DNA of 64,000 nt from positions 8,184,001-8,248,000 of the forward strand of contig CM060733.1 in the NCBI GenBank assembly GCA_030704615.1, read 5' to 3'. Below, one piece after another: positions 48,143 through 61,530 of this stretch. The DNA comes from Takakia lepidozioides (lineage: Eukaryota; Plantae; Bryophyta). Each line of letters opens with the position of its first letter. The stretch's first letter is position 1. The notes below the pieces were generated by a model that was not told where the DNA came from, did no database searches, and saw only the letters and a program-made list of their open reading frames with translations. A program made the translations under genes and the position numbers.

Positions 48143-51100
48143 CTGTGCTGCTCCAGGAAACGACCCACATCTTTGTCCATGTCCAAGGCCAGCTTGCGGT
48201 TCTTGTTCATAAAGACGCCAGACTTTTTCTTCGCCGGTCTCTTGGTACTCGGACCCTCCTCGACCTCCTCAGCATGGTCCACGACAGTCCGCTTCTTGGC
48301 TTTGCCTCTCCCCTGGGAAGCAGGGACAGCTGTAGGCGGGCTGGAGCAGACAAACGCAGCGCTGCCGCCTTACTTCGCAACAGAGGCTGGTCAGCAGGTT
48401 TGTTTACACTTGCTGGACCTGTCTTTGCAGCTTCGTGGGTCGCATGTGTAGAACTGACCCCCGCATCGGGGGGCGTGCTCACCCCCACACCTTTCTTGGT
48501 TGTCGATCCCACGTTTGCAGCATGGGCGGAAGATGTCATGTCCTCAGAAGTAGACAGTCTGCCGACGGAGGGAACATCCTGTGAGGATACCGAGCAAAAT
48601 GTCGAATTAGCCCAATTTCACAATGTGCTAAAACATAAACAACAGTGCTGAAAGAGGAAATGGCACAACCTGCCCAAGGGGTGAGGGAGCAGACTCCATG
48701 TAATCCAGCGCTATACCAGACGGTGTCTGCGCCGCATGTGGTTCCTTGTCAGTGTGCCTGCCAGCATGTTCAGTTTGTTGCTCAATGTGGGCAGTCTGCT
48801 CGGCCGCCGGTTCTTCGTCAGTCCTTTCGTCTGTGAACTGTGCAGTCTGCTGGCAACTCTGCGGTTCAGTCTCTTCCTCAATGTGGGCAATGTGCTCGGT
48901 GGCAGGTTGGGTCGTCAGTCCTTCCCTCTGTGAAGTGTGCAGTGTGCTGGTCAGGCCGTGCAATCTGAACTGTGCAGTCAGAGCTGAGCTGTGCAGTCTG
49001 CCGCTCCGAGCCATCCTGGTCAGTCCTTCCATCTGTGACCTGTGCAGTCTGCTGGTTAGTCTGCGGTTCAGTCTGCTCATCAATGAAGACAGTATGTTGC
49101 CCCGCCACAGGTTGCTCGGCAGTCCTTCCATGTGTCCACTGTTCAGTGTGCTGGTCAGTCTGGTGGACAGCCGGCTGGGTGTTCGGATCTCCATGGACTT
49201 GGGAAACATCAAGAACATGTATGGAAGACCCACCGGCAATTGCTTCCTCAGACTCTTCTGTAAGATCTATGATACGGTTTTGCGTTCCCAGATTGAGTTC
49301 GGTCATCACGTAAGACTCATCTATGGCTTTCGCCACTGAGCGCACGAAAACGGGACTAACCTGGAAGGTCATAGAAGGCAGGCCACGGGGAGCTGGATAA
49401 GAATGCTTTACCGGTGACCTGATGACGTCGTCAGTGAATGTGCCTGGGGGAAAAGTGGACTCGGTCAAAACACTCATACTGGCAGATCCAAAAACATGTT
49501 GTTGGGAACTCAGCAAAAATTCGTCCACAGGGTCCCGGTGAGGCCAGTGCATCCGAGTCTGTTGCACAATCCAGGGAACAGACTGGCTGTTAGTCTCCTG
49601 GATAGTCTGCTCGGCCATCTGCTGAGTGGGTTCGCCAGTGTGCTGCACAGTGTGCTGAGGGGCAATCTGCTGGCTAGATTCGTCGGTCTGTTGCACGGTC
49701 TGTTGCACGGTCTGCTGGGGCATCGGCTGGTCATGTCTGCACAGGTCTGCTGAGGGGCAATCTGCTGGCTGGATTCGTCGGTCTGCTGCACGGTCTGCTG
49801 AGGGGCAATCTGCTGGCTGGATTCGTCGGTCTGCTGCACGTCTGCTGAGGGCAATCTGCTGGCTGGATTCGTCGGTCTGCTGCATGGTCTGCTGTACAGT
49901 GCTGAGGGGCAGTCTGGTGGCCATGTTCGCTGGTCTGCTGCACACAGTCGGCTGAGGGGCAGTCTGTTGGCCGGTCTGTTCTCCGGTCTGCTGCAAAGTC
50001 TGCAAAGTTCGCTGCCCGCTCAGTACTGTTTGCACATATTGAGTATGTGTGTTGGGGCAGTCTGCTGGGAGTGATCCGGCCTATTACCCGGGACGGTCTG
50101 GTGCACATGCTCGGTCTCCAGCACTTGGGCAGTCTGCCCACATGTGTCGTGGGGAATATGTTGTTCGACATTCTTGTGGCCAGTCTGCTGGACAGTCTCC
50201 CGAACTCCTTGTAAAGCCAGGACAAGGTCCCTTGCACCTCTGGCAAAAGAGTCGAAAGCAGCCTGCACTTGCTTGTCTCCCAGATCAACTCGCCCTGCAA
50301 CACATGTTTATGCAAATGTGAACTTCTAAAAAAGTTGGCAAAAGAAATTGAGCTGAAACACGAAAGTTGCCCATAACATTTTACCTTCCAAGAGATTTCC
50401 GACGAGGCCAATGTCCTTGATTTGCCGGCACAGGCATGCTCCATCGAGATGAGCAATGGCGCCGATGCGGTCTTCAGTTGGGATCCCACACCACAGGACT
50501 TTGAAGACATTGGGATTCTGCAAAACAATGTCGAATACTGCTCGCTCCATCACCAATGCAAACCAGTGCAATGCGTCATCCACCACAAACTTCTGTGAAT
50601 GGTCTGTTCCATGGAGTAAGTCCATCCTCAAACTATGCAGATCCTTCATCAACTTGTTGTATGAGCGGAAATTGCCAAATTGCATCCATCTGTGTTGTAG
50701 GAAGGAAGCTGCCATGCGCTCAAAGTCCTCCTCAGTCAATCGAACAAGTGCTTTCTTCGCACCCCAAAGGTTGGATGTGCCATAGGCATATGTCTGAGGT
50801 CTTCAGGCCGTGGGTCATCCATGAGAATCAGCTGCACAAGTAGAGGCGGCGCATTTTGGTCGCTTGTGGCTTCAATGGCAACAGCAGAGGCGGCTTCTAG
50901 AACATGGTTGGCTTCTCAATAGAAAACTCCATGGAATAATGAAAGGGTACAAATGACCACCGGCGGTCCGCAACAATCCGGTGGAGCTCATTATGCCAAT
51001 CCAAATGGGGATTAATTTCTCCCACCCTAAGCCGGGGAAGTGTGAGGTCTTCAGCTCCGGGTCGAATTACCGGTGATGGCGATCGCCAAACTGCAAAAAG

Positions 51101-52780
51101 CGCCGTGCTATGTGAGAGAAAGGCAGTCTGCTGGTCCGCAGTCTGTTGGATGACAGGACTTCCCATTGGCATGGGCTGCATGATGGGCTCCTGGAGAGGA
51201 GTCTGCAGGATGACAGGCTGCTCGTTGGGAGTCTGCTCTGTTGGAGTCTGCTGGATGACGGCCTGCTGAATGGGAGTCTGCTGGATGGCAGACTCGGCTG
51301 TCCCAGACGCATTCCCCCCCGACGCGTCTTGAATATGTAATGCCGCTATAGCAGCAGATGACCCAGGATACTTCAATAATATGTACTCTCGCACGCGGTC
51401 CACTTCCGCACTACGCACTTGTAAAGGAGCATCATTGCTAGGTATCCGCCAAGCCTGAATGGCCCTACGAATAGAAACACGTTCATCCTGGTACACGGCA
51501 AGAACTTCGACGTCAGGAACATGGACGTGGACTCTATATTCACCTCATGCAGCGGACTGGACTCACAGACCAGCAGACTGTAACGTGCGTACGTAGGGTG
51601 GAGGCAACTAGTAGACTATACCAGTGGACTGGACCAGCGGACTGACAAACGGACTCAGTAAGTAATGCAGCGATATAAAACAGACTAACTGACGAGCGGA
51701 GTGAGCCAGCGGACTGAGGAGAGAACGCAACGGGACTGACCAGACTGAATAGGCAACGTGACCCCGATGATGGACTCAAACAGCACAGAGAACAGACTGG
51801 GCGGTCAGACTGACCATTACCTCCTCTACTTCATCATCATGTCATCTTCATCTTCAAAGCTGTTCAACCAGTTCTGTTCCGCCTGTCGGATGAATGTGCG
51901 TAGCAGACCTGACTGGGCAACTCTGTAGAAATAACGGAAGAAGTCTGGATCCCAAATTGGTGGGCACTCTGGTGGGAAAAGCCCAAAGTCAACGAGGCGC
52001 AATGTGCCAGGGCAGACTGGCCCTTCAGTGCTCTGTTGAGTTTTGGTTTTGACCCTAAACCGATGGCATGGGTCGCGATATTTGTGTGAGTCTGCTGCCG
52101 AGTCTGGTCAGGCAAGTCAATGTCCACTGGACTTGTCACCCCTTCCAGGCCCTGAGCAGATTCACTTTCAGTATCAGTACTGATGGTGTGGGTCTGCCGC
52201 CCAGGACGGGGTTCAGTCTGTTGCGTGGATTTTGCCCTTGCCTCGCGAGACCTTGCAGCCTTCTCTTTTTTTTGCCTCCTTTTTTTTGGGCCCCATCACT
52301 CAGTTTACGTTTTCTGGAGCGTCCGGCGTTCCCTGCACTTGCAAATCCTCCATTGACGGGCCACCACATGGACGCCATAACCGTGCGCGCACTTCGTCTA
52401 ATTCCAAAGTGCGGGGGTCAAGCACTGATCCGCGCAAGCGCATTGTGGCCTCTTTGACAATCGACATTTCTTTCAGTATCGGCCAAGGCTTGAAATCCCG
52501 TGGAATCATTGCAACAGTCTCCTTGCAACCCGTGTCAACACAATGCCGATTTAGTTGGATTTTGTCCTTGATTACCTCTTCACAGAAGGGACAGAAGAGC
52601 TTGTCCTTCTGCCAATTCGAGTTTTTGGGCTTCCGGGCGCGGAGGTCTACAAATGCTTCCACTATTTTATGATCAAACTCGTCTGGTGAGTACCAGTACC
52701 TTCGCTCCTTCTTCAGTCTGGTTTGGTGCACAAAATCCACCAGTCCGCTCCACCCTTTTCACAAGCATCCTCCATCGCTG
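48143..52780 (-). pseudogene. Upstream exons of MULE accessory gene(s): zinc-finger-like, unknown globular and Gln/Thr-rich repeat regions
   Basis: ORFs 52300-52740 (FCPFC-x12-H-x5-C), 50897-51496, 50326-50739, 48878-50035 (48-bp QQTDESSQQIAPQQTV repeats) and 48207-48539, all on the same strand as the Ulp1 domain. Confidence 0.55.
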
Positions 52781-54560
52781 CAGAATGAAACGAAGGTGCA
52801 AGACAATGAGCGACAAAGCGACAGATAGAAGTCCTATGAAAAGACTCACCCTAAGCAAGAAGAGGACACAGAATGGAATGGAAACACCGCAGCAAGTGAG
52901 AACCTCACCAAGCCGATGAACTTCGACTTGTTACGAAGGCGAGCGTGTTTGCGACGCTTCACGGCTCACCGCGACTCTCTACACCTGGGGAAGAACGGTC
53001 GTCTTTCGTTACGGTGACGGAAACGCAAAGAGGAAAACAAAACAGTGCAAATTTGTGCGAAGAAACAGACGCGAAGAGAATGGAGTCGATCGCACAGGGA
53101 ACATGAGAAGAAAGTAGAAGTAGAAGGGGGAAAGCGGGCATGGCACTGCCAACGTGGCGCGATTTCACAGGCGCCAACTATCTGCCGTCATCGCATTGAA
53201 TACGTCCACCGAACGAACGCATCGTACTAAATTCATCCACGGTCCTCGCAAGTGTAGCAGACTCATTTCCCATCAGGCCGAGAGTCCACCGGACCGCCAG
53301 TCCAGCGGACTATTCGCTTTGCTGAGGCGAAGCGGCTTCATATTGGAGGCACTTCCCTGCCAGTGGAATGAAGACAAAAGAGAGTAAGGGGAGAACAGGA
53401 AAGTCGAACACACCCATTGCGAACAGACTGATGCATGCACAGTCCAACAGACTGATGTCCATAGAGGAGAACTGTCCAGCAGATGGATGTTTCGCCAGAC
53501 TGGCGGGAGAACAAGCCAAAAGATTGACCGGAGGGAAAATAAGAAGTCAAACAGACTTAGTGCAACAGACTTCCGACACAACAGACTGATAAATTCACAA
53601 GTGCAACAGACTGATATCCCAACAGACGGACTTCCAGCAGACCGCCTCCAAACTGACTGTTATGCACGCGATAAGGGGAATATCCGGAGCACTGACGGGC
53701 CAGTGGACCCACTGTGAACAGACTCGCGACACAACGGACCTCAAACATCCACGCGTATTTGCAGATGCAATTGTCTCAGACATCTCCCGTCGTGGCTCAG
53801 ACATCTGCATTCAGCAGGTGCGTGTGGATGTTTGCCGTAACGACTCGAATTGTTTTTTTGTGCTGCCATCCCTTATATAATACCATGTGGATCCATCACA
53901 AAGCTGGGTTTCTTCATATTCTCCACCCTTTTCCACAACTTATGCACGACGGATGCAAGCCGCTATACTTGGTCACATAAACAGTCCCATCGTCCGATAC
54001 GAAATCTGCAATACACGCCCCCATGTGCATACGCTTCCACCATTTTCGCGCCCATGTGTACCCATGGGTTCCTTAACGAACTAAATTTGTGAAGGCTCTC
54101 ATGAGGGATGCAGTACGGAGGGGCTAAACGTATCATGACGGATCACAAGCAGAGGACGTTATCGACGACAGATGTCCGCATTTTCCATATTTATGACATA
54201 GAACCAAACCATAAAACGAAGGTTCCCGAAAGCACAACAAGAAGGCAAAAATAGTGGAAGCATATGCACGATGGTGGCTGTAGTGCCGAGACAGTCTTCT
54301 CATGTTCAAGCACACGCTTCATCATCATCATGAACATCGCGCGCAAAAGAGGAGCAGTCGCGTGCATGGAAACGCCTACCGCAACATCGGACAACAAACG
54401 GCCGTCAAAAGAGAGCGGCCGAGATTTGGTGGGAAGATCATTGCCATTTCGCAGCCCTAAAAATGGAGGGCTCGGATGGTTATGGGAATGGACGGTGGCG
54501 ATCCTGCGCCGTCAGCGGACTGGATGGCAGGGGACTGGCCAGCGGACTGGCGGACTGGAG

Positions 54561-55285
54561 TGTCGCGGCCCTTTGCCTTGAGGGCAGGGGGTCGGGACAC
54601 ATGAGGGGCTACCCCTGTGTGGGGGGCAGCGGCAGCGATAGGTAAGGGGGGTTGAAGCACCCTTGAGTGCCCAAGGCACTCAGGGAAGCGGAGGCGCTCA
54701 CTAGGTGGAGCCCCGCACACCGGGTTGCGGTGGGGGTGGCTCCACAAGGGGTGGTGGTAGCTTAGTGGGACTTAGTGGGGGTGGCATAGGACTCACCATG
54801 GGGGCGGAGACCTCGTGGTGGGAGTCGTGGGGAGTCTTGGGACTCATCACGGTCCATAGGGGCCGTGGTGAGCGGGCCAAGTCTCACCGCGACTCACCAC
54901 CGGGAGTCGAGGGTTTTCGTGGTGGTTCGCCATAAAATGGCATGGCTGGTTGTGGAACCCCCGCGGACAGCTACAGAAGTATATATAGGGAGTAGTAACC
55001 CCGAGAACGGTGCAAGCCCGTTGGTGACCAAAAACTAGTGAGTAAGCGAGCGAGCCGGAAAGCGACCAAAGAGTGGGGAGCTGTTCCGGACTGCCATCTA
55101 CCAAAGGGAATTCTCCTAGTCCCAATTAGGTGGAGGGTTTTAGAGGGAAGCGAAGGGGACCGTTATGTCCCGGTGAGCAGCCGAAACTCCAAGTTGGCCC
55201 GGCGGCCAGGTTGGGAGTCAGGCGCGCGCATCAAAGCGAGTAACTATGATTTGAAGGGGAGTTTACCGAAGTGAGGTGCGCGACA
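54561..55285 (+). repeat. 5' LTR
   Basis: TGTCGCGG...GCGCGACA; TATA-like TATATATA near 54980. Confidence 0.95.
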
Positions 55286-55287
55286 CT

Positions 55288-55299
55288 TGGTATCAGAGC
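55288..55299 (+). promoter_or_regulatory. Primer-binding site (tRNA-iMet)
   Basis: TGGTATCAGAGC, 2 nt after the 5' LTR. Confidence 0.9.
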
Positions 55300-55339
55300 T
55301 TAGAGTTCAGTACGCGATCGTCCTTGGGATTGGCCTCAT

Positions 55340-58300
55340 CATGGGGTCGGGCAAGCCGAAGCGAAAGCGGAACGGCCCAAAAGATGATGATCCCGGTGAG
55401 CCCGATGGGGGCGACGTGTCACCGAGGCGGCCGTTTGAGGAAGCGATGAATGTTTCCGAAAACGAGGCCGCTCAGGAGCGGGAGGAATCCGAGGAGTCGA
55501 AGCCCGAGGAATCCTTGAGAGCTCCGACAAACCAAGAGATGCCTCCCATGCCGGCAGCCTTTTGGGAAGGGTTGTTGGCGCAGTTTGGCGGGACGTTGAA
55601 AGACGTGTTGAAGGCGGCTAATGCCACTTCCACTAAGGCAAAGTTTAAGGTGAAGCCTAAGGAACCCGGCACCTTCGAGGGCGTTTGAAACCGGAAGGCA
55701 CTCAACACCTGGCTCCTGGAGCTAGAGCAGTACTTCCGGGCGGCCAAGTTGAGTGACGAGGATCGGTGGAAGTGGCTCCCACCTATTTGAGGGGCTATGC
55801 TCAACAATGGTGGCAGAAACGCCTTCACGACCGAGGCCCAAGCCCGGAAACCTTGAACTGGAGTGGGTTCAAGGAATTGATGAAGAGACAGTTTGTGCCC
55901 CTCAACGCATCCTGGCTTGCCCGGGACAAGATGAGGAATTTGAAGCAAACAGATGACATTCGGGGTATGTCCAGGCTTTCAATGTGCTGTTGCTCGAAGT
56001 CGCGGACATGGCAGAACCAGAAATGGTCTTCAACTTTGTGGCGGGACTGGCCCCATGGGCTAGGCGGAAGTTGGAGGAGAAGCCACCCAAGACTTTGAAC
56101 GAGGCAATTGAGAGAGCCGAATGTTTCTCGGATGTCCCTAAGGGTGAGAGACAAGGCCGTACGGAGCTGAACCACAAGAAGACCCGGCGGGAAGGTGACT
56201 CCTCCCGACCGGAAAAAAAGTGGGATAGGCCACGCGGCGAAAATGGCACGTGGAAATCGAAGAGAGGTCCTTCACACGTCAAGGCGGCACCCGGTGCTTC
56301 GAAAGGAAAAGCGGGTGGAGCGGCTTATGGCGGACAGAAGGCGACCTTTGATGGAGTGTGTTTCAATTGCGGGGAGCCCGGGCACATGGCCAAGAAGTGC
56401 ACGAAGCCCCGGCAATTGAACATGACTCGGGCGACCACGGAGCTGTCGGAAGATACCATCAGTCGTTTGGTGGAAGCGGTAGTCGCCAGGACTTGCAAGG
56501 TAGGCAACTATTCTTGTGAGTTGTATCAGGAAACTGGCGCCCTGCGTAAAGGGAGTCAGTTATTGTTCGTGGATGGGATAATATCCGGAACTAACGTGTC
56601 GTTGTTGGTGGACATAGGAGCGTCGCACTCCTTCATGACGCCGGGCGGCGCGAAAGTTGGGACTCCCGACAAGTGACGTGGGGGCCTCTATTGAGGTGCG
56701 CTCTGCCAAAGGAGAACCTCAGTTGGCGACAAGGTTGGCGTTTGATGTTCCTCTTCAACTGGGGAGTTGGGAGGGACGTGAGAACTTCACTATCTGCGAG
56801 ATCGATGGAGTGGATCTCATTTTAGGGATGACCTTTTTGAGCAAATCCGGAGCGGTCATAGATGGCCGCAAGAGAGTAGTCACGCTGCCATGTGGGAATG
56901 GTGGCGAGGTTTTACGAGTGTCGGAAACGCCCAAATCCGTGGGAGGGCGAATAAACCTTCTGTCAGCAAAGGAGTGGGCCGTGGAGGAGGCACACGAGTC
57001 CCAGTTTTTGCTTTACATTAGAGAAGTGAAAGGAGAAGGCGATGGGGAGCCGAGCCCAGATTGGATCAAGGGGATTTTGGAGAAATACCAGGATGTGATG
57101 CCGGAGGATTTACCAAGCGGCTTGCCACCGCGAAGAGGAGTTGACCACAAGATTGAGGTGATACCGGGATCGGGACCGCCTGCCAAGGCGCCCTACCGGT
57201 TGAGCCACAAAGAGTTGGTCGAGCTGAAGACTCAGCTCAAGGATCTAATGTCAAAGGGGTACATCCGGCCGAGTAAGTCACCTTACGGAGCCCCGGTGCT
57301 ATTTGCAGACAAGAAGGATGGGACGCTGCGGATGTGTGTCGATTACAGGGCTCTGAATAAGGTGACTATCAAAAACCGGTACCCTTTGCCAAGGATCGAC
57401 GACCTCTTCGATCGGTTGGCAGGAGCGAAGTATTTCAGCCGGATCGACTTGCGCTCCGGCTATCACCAAATTCGGGTGGCAGAAGGAGATGAGGAGAAGA
57501 CCGCGTGCAGGACAAGGTATGGTTCATATGAGTTCTTGGTGATGCCTTTTGGGCTCACCAATGCACCAGCGACATTTAGCACGCGATGAACAGCCTTTTC
57601 CAGGAGTGGTTGGATGACTTTGTGATCGTGTACATCGACGACATCTTGGTGTACTCGAAAACAAAGGAGGAGCACCTGGAGCATCTCAAAAGGGTGTTCC
57701 AGAAATTGCGAGAAGGGAAGCTGTATGCCAAAGCTTCAAAGTGCGAATTCGGGGTCACAAAAGTGGAGTTCTTGGGGCATGTGATTACACAGGATGGGAT
57801 CAAAATGGATGACAGAAAGGTGAGGGCGATCTTGGACTGGGAGCCTCCGACTTCGGTCCCGGGAGTGCGATCCTTCCTAGGACTCGCCTCCTATTACCGG
57901 AAGTATGTGAGAAATTTCGCCAAGATCGCGGGGCCGCTGTCGGACCTTCTGTGTAAATCCAAAGTCTGGGTATGGAACACATTTTGTGGCCAAGCTTTTG
58001 CTGAATTGAAGCAGCGGATGACGGAAGCTCCAGTCTTGAAAATCCCGGAGTTCGATCGTCCGTTTGAGATTCATACAGATGCATCGGACTTCGCAATTGG
58101 GGGTGTACTTATGCAAGATGGACGTCCAGTGGCTTACGAAAGTAAGAAACTGAATGAAGTGGAGCGACGGTGGCCAACGCACGAAAAAGAGATGAAGGCG
58201 GTGGTGCATTGCCTTGAGCTCTGGCGCCACTATGTTGGTTCCAACCCAGTGAAGGTGTTCACGGACAATGTCACAGTGAAGTATTTTGCCACGCAGCCCA

Positions 58301-59897
58301 AGTTGTCCCCAAAACAACTTAGGTGACAAGATACTTTGGCAGTGTTCGACGTGGATATCCAGTACAAACCGGGACGGGACAATATGGTGGCCGATGCTTT
58401 AAGTAGAAAGCAACAGCTCTTGTTGGTGTACAAGGGCGAGACGGCACTCCAAGGAAGATCCGGAAGGCTTGTCGGAAGGATGAGCTGGCGAAGTCCGTGA
58501 TGCAGGACTTGAGGATGGGGGTTAAATCGCAGTTCCACTTGCAAAATGGACTGCTCCGGTATAAGCAAAAGCGTCTCTACGTGCCGAAGGGAGGGATCAG
58601 GGATAGTCTCTTGAGAGAATGCCATGATAGCCCGCTTGCGGGCCACGGTGGAGCCAAGCGCACTGCGGCACTCTTGAAGAAAGAGTATTTCTGGCCCAAA
58701 CTGAGGGAGGAGGCAGAGGAGTATGTCAAGACATGCACCACATGCCAACAAAACCGGAGCGAGTACAAAAAGCAAGCGGGGCTGTTACAACCCTTGCCGA
58801 TTCCAGAGGGGACTTGGGAAAGCGTCTCGATGGATTTCATGACTGCTATGCCGCTGTCAAAAGGATTCGATGCAATCATGGTGGTGGTAGATAGGTTCAG
58901 TAAAATGGCCCATTTCATCCCCACCAAGGAGACGGCAACGGCGCAGGAGACAGGGCGACTTTACTTCGCCCACGTCTTAAAGCATCATGGAGTCCCGAAG
59001 GATATTGTCTCGGACCGCGATCCAAAGTTTACGAGTAAATTCTGGAGAGCACTTTGGAAGAAGATGGGGACGAGGCTGAAGATGAGCACCGCCTTCCGAC
59101 CTACGACGGACGGCCAAACGGAAAGAGTGAATTCCGTAGTGAAGCAATTCTTGCGGAATTACGTGTCGGCAGACCAATCAGACTGGATGGAACACTTAGA
59201 TGCGGCAGAGTTCTGTTATAATAACACAGAACACTCCGCGACGGGAGTTTCCCCTTTTGTGTTGGTCTATGGAAAAGCACCTCTGGTGCCGACAAGTTGG
59301 GCCGCCCAGGACGTTGAGGAACCGGCAGTAGCGGCGGTACTGGAAGAACGCGAGCGTTTGTTGAAGCTCGCAAAGTACAACATTGCCAAAGCTAGGAAAC
59401 GGTATGAAAGGCAGGCGAATCGGAAGCGGAGGGAAGTGAAGTTTGAGGCAGGCACAGAGGTCTGGTTGAACATCAAGAATTTTCGACTACCTCCGGAAGT
59501 GAGTCCGAAGTTCGTACCTCCGTATGCGGGTCCCTTTCGCATTCGGAGGGTTCTGAATGAGGATGTGTATGAATTGGAGCTGCCGGCAAATAGCAAGGTG
59601 CACCCAGTATTCCATGTCTCCCTTTTGAAGCCTTACTTCAAAGATGAAGCACGTCCGAATCGGCAGCAAGTGTTGCGTCCGCCACCTATGCTGTTGGATC
59701 ATGAAAATGAACCTGAGTACGAGGTGGAGGCAATACTTAAGTCGAGGAGGTTCAAGAACCGAGAAACGGAGTATCTCGTCAAATGGAAGGGCTATCATCT
59801 TGTGGAGGCATCTTGGGTGCGTGCCTCAGAAATGGGAAACGCATCCGAGGCAGTTGCAGCGTTTGAAAGGCGACCTCAAAAGCGGAAGAAACGTTGA
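55340..59897 (+). pseudogene. gag-pol with C-terminal chromodomain (few frameshifts and stops)
   Basis: [71 protein letters not shown] motif and YEVEAIL..EYLVKWKGY..SW chromodomain. Confidence 0.93.
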
Positions 59898-60804
59898 TGG
59901 GGACATCAACCTTGGAGCGTGGGAGAGGAAATGCATACTTAACCCGGTTTAGCTAGCTCAGGAATCCGATTGCAAAAACTTGTATTGTACAAAAATTTGT
60001 TATAAAGGAAATGGGTTCCAAATATTGTGCGTCCTATTGTGTTTGGAATGGTGATGCATGGTGCGGTTGGCTAGTGTGTAGAATGCATGCTAGCTTACAA
60101 AAGTGGGAGAGGTAAATTGGGTTAATCGTGTGTTTGCGCAGTGCCGAAATCGGGTGACTCCCATCCAAGGGGCAAGGAAACTTGCGCCTTATTTTGGGAG
60201 TTCGCGTGCTAGTGCGCACCTGGCGCGTGCGCGTACTATAACTGCGCTACCGAGGGGGTTGCCTTGTAGTGCGGGCTAACGCGGAAGCTACGTGCTTCCG
60301 TTCACGTACTATAATTGTGTAGCCTCGGGACGAAGTCGTAGTGCGGCTTCGGCGTGTTCCCGTACCTCAGGCCAGCATTCCAAGGCGGACCCAATTGTAG
60401 TGATTGGGGCGCATGGTTGGTTCAAGGTTATCTTCCTAGTCAAAGAGGGTTCCAGGTGAACCCTTGCTCAAGGTGATGCCAAAAGCGGCATCATGAGCGA
60501 TCGCAAGCAATGTTGTTGCAGTAAGGCGATTCGATCCTCGGGGAGGATCGTTCCTTGGCCTTGAAGTAGGCCAAGAAGAGTGCACTGGGAGGAGCTGGAG
60601 AGGCTCCACCCTTGGCCGGGACTTGGAGGAAGTCGGCCGAACTAGCTAGTGGAGAGTAGAGTCAAGTGTGGGGTTTGGTTCTTTGCCATGGGACGCCATG
60701 GTACAGAAACAAACTCCTTGATGTGGGACGCCACAACTTGGATGTTCGTTTCTACAAAATGGACAAGTCGATGAGGACATCGACTCCCTGTTGGTAGGGG
60801 TGTG

Positions 60805-61530
60805 TGTCGCGGCCCTTTGCCTTGAGGGCAGGGGGTCGGGACACATGAGGGGCTGCCCCTGTGGTGGGGGCAGCGGCAGCGATAGGTAAGGGGGGTTGAA
60901 GCACCCTTGAGTGCCCAAGGCACTCAGGGAAGCAGAGGCGCTCACTAGGTGGAGCCCCGCACACCGGGTTGCGGTGGGGGTGGCTCCACAAGGGGTGGTG
61001 GTAGCTTAGTGGGACTTAGTGGGGGTGGCATAGGACTCACCATGGGGCGGAGACCTCGTGGTGGGAGTCGTGGGGAGTCTTGGGACTCATCACGGTCCAT
61101 AGGGGCCGTGGTGAGCGGGCCAAGACTCACCGCGACTCACCACCGGGAGTCGAGGGTTTTCGTGGTGGTTCGCCATAAAATGGCATGGCTGGTTGTGGAA
61201 CCCCCGCGGACAGCTACAGAAGTATATATAAGGGGAGTAGTAACCCGAGAACGGTGCAAGCCCGTTGGTGACCAAAAACTAGTGAGTAAGCGAGCGAGCC
61301 GGAAAGCGACCAAAGAGTGGGGAGCTGTTCCGGACTGCCATCTACCAAAGGGAATTCTCCTAGTCCCAATTAGGTGGAGGGTTTTAGAGGGAAGCGAAAG
61401 GGGACCGTTATGTCCCGGTGAGCAGCCGAAACTCCAAGTTGGCCCGGCGGCCAGGTTGGGAGTCAGGCGCGCGCATCAAAGCGAGTAACTATGACTTGAA
61501 GGGGAGTTTACCGAAGTGAGGTGCGTGACA
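60805..61530 (+). repeat. 3' LTR
   Basis: TGTCGCGG...GCGTGACA, followed by TSD TGGAG. Confidence 0.95.

Larger units (their letters stand above)
54561..61530 (+). mobile_element. Full-length chromovirus (Ty3/Gypsy) LTR retrotransposon nested in the MULE right TIR
   Basis: LTRs 54561-55285 and 60805-61530 (TG..CA, nearly identical), 5-bp TSD TGGAG, PBS TGGTATCAGAGC and PPT just before 60805. Confidence 0.96.
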
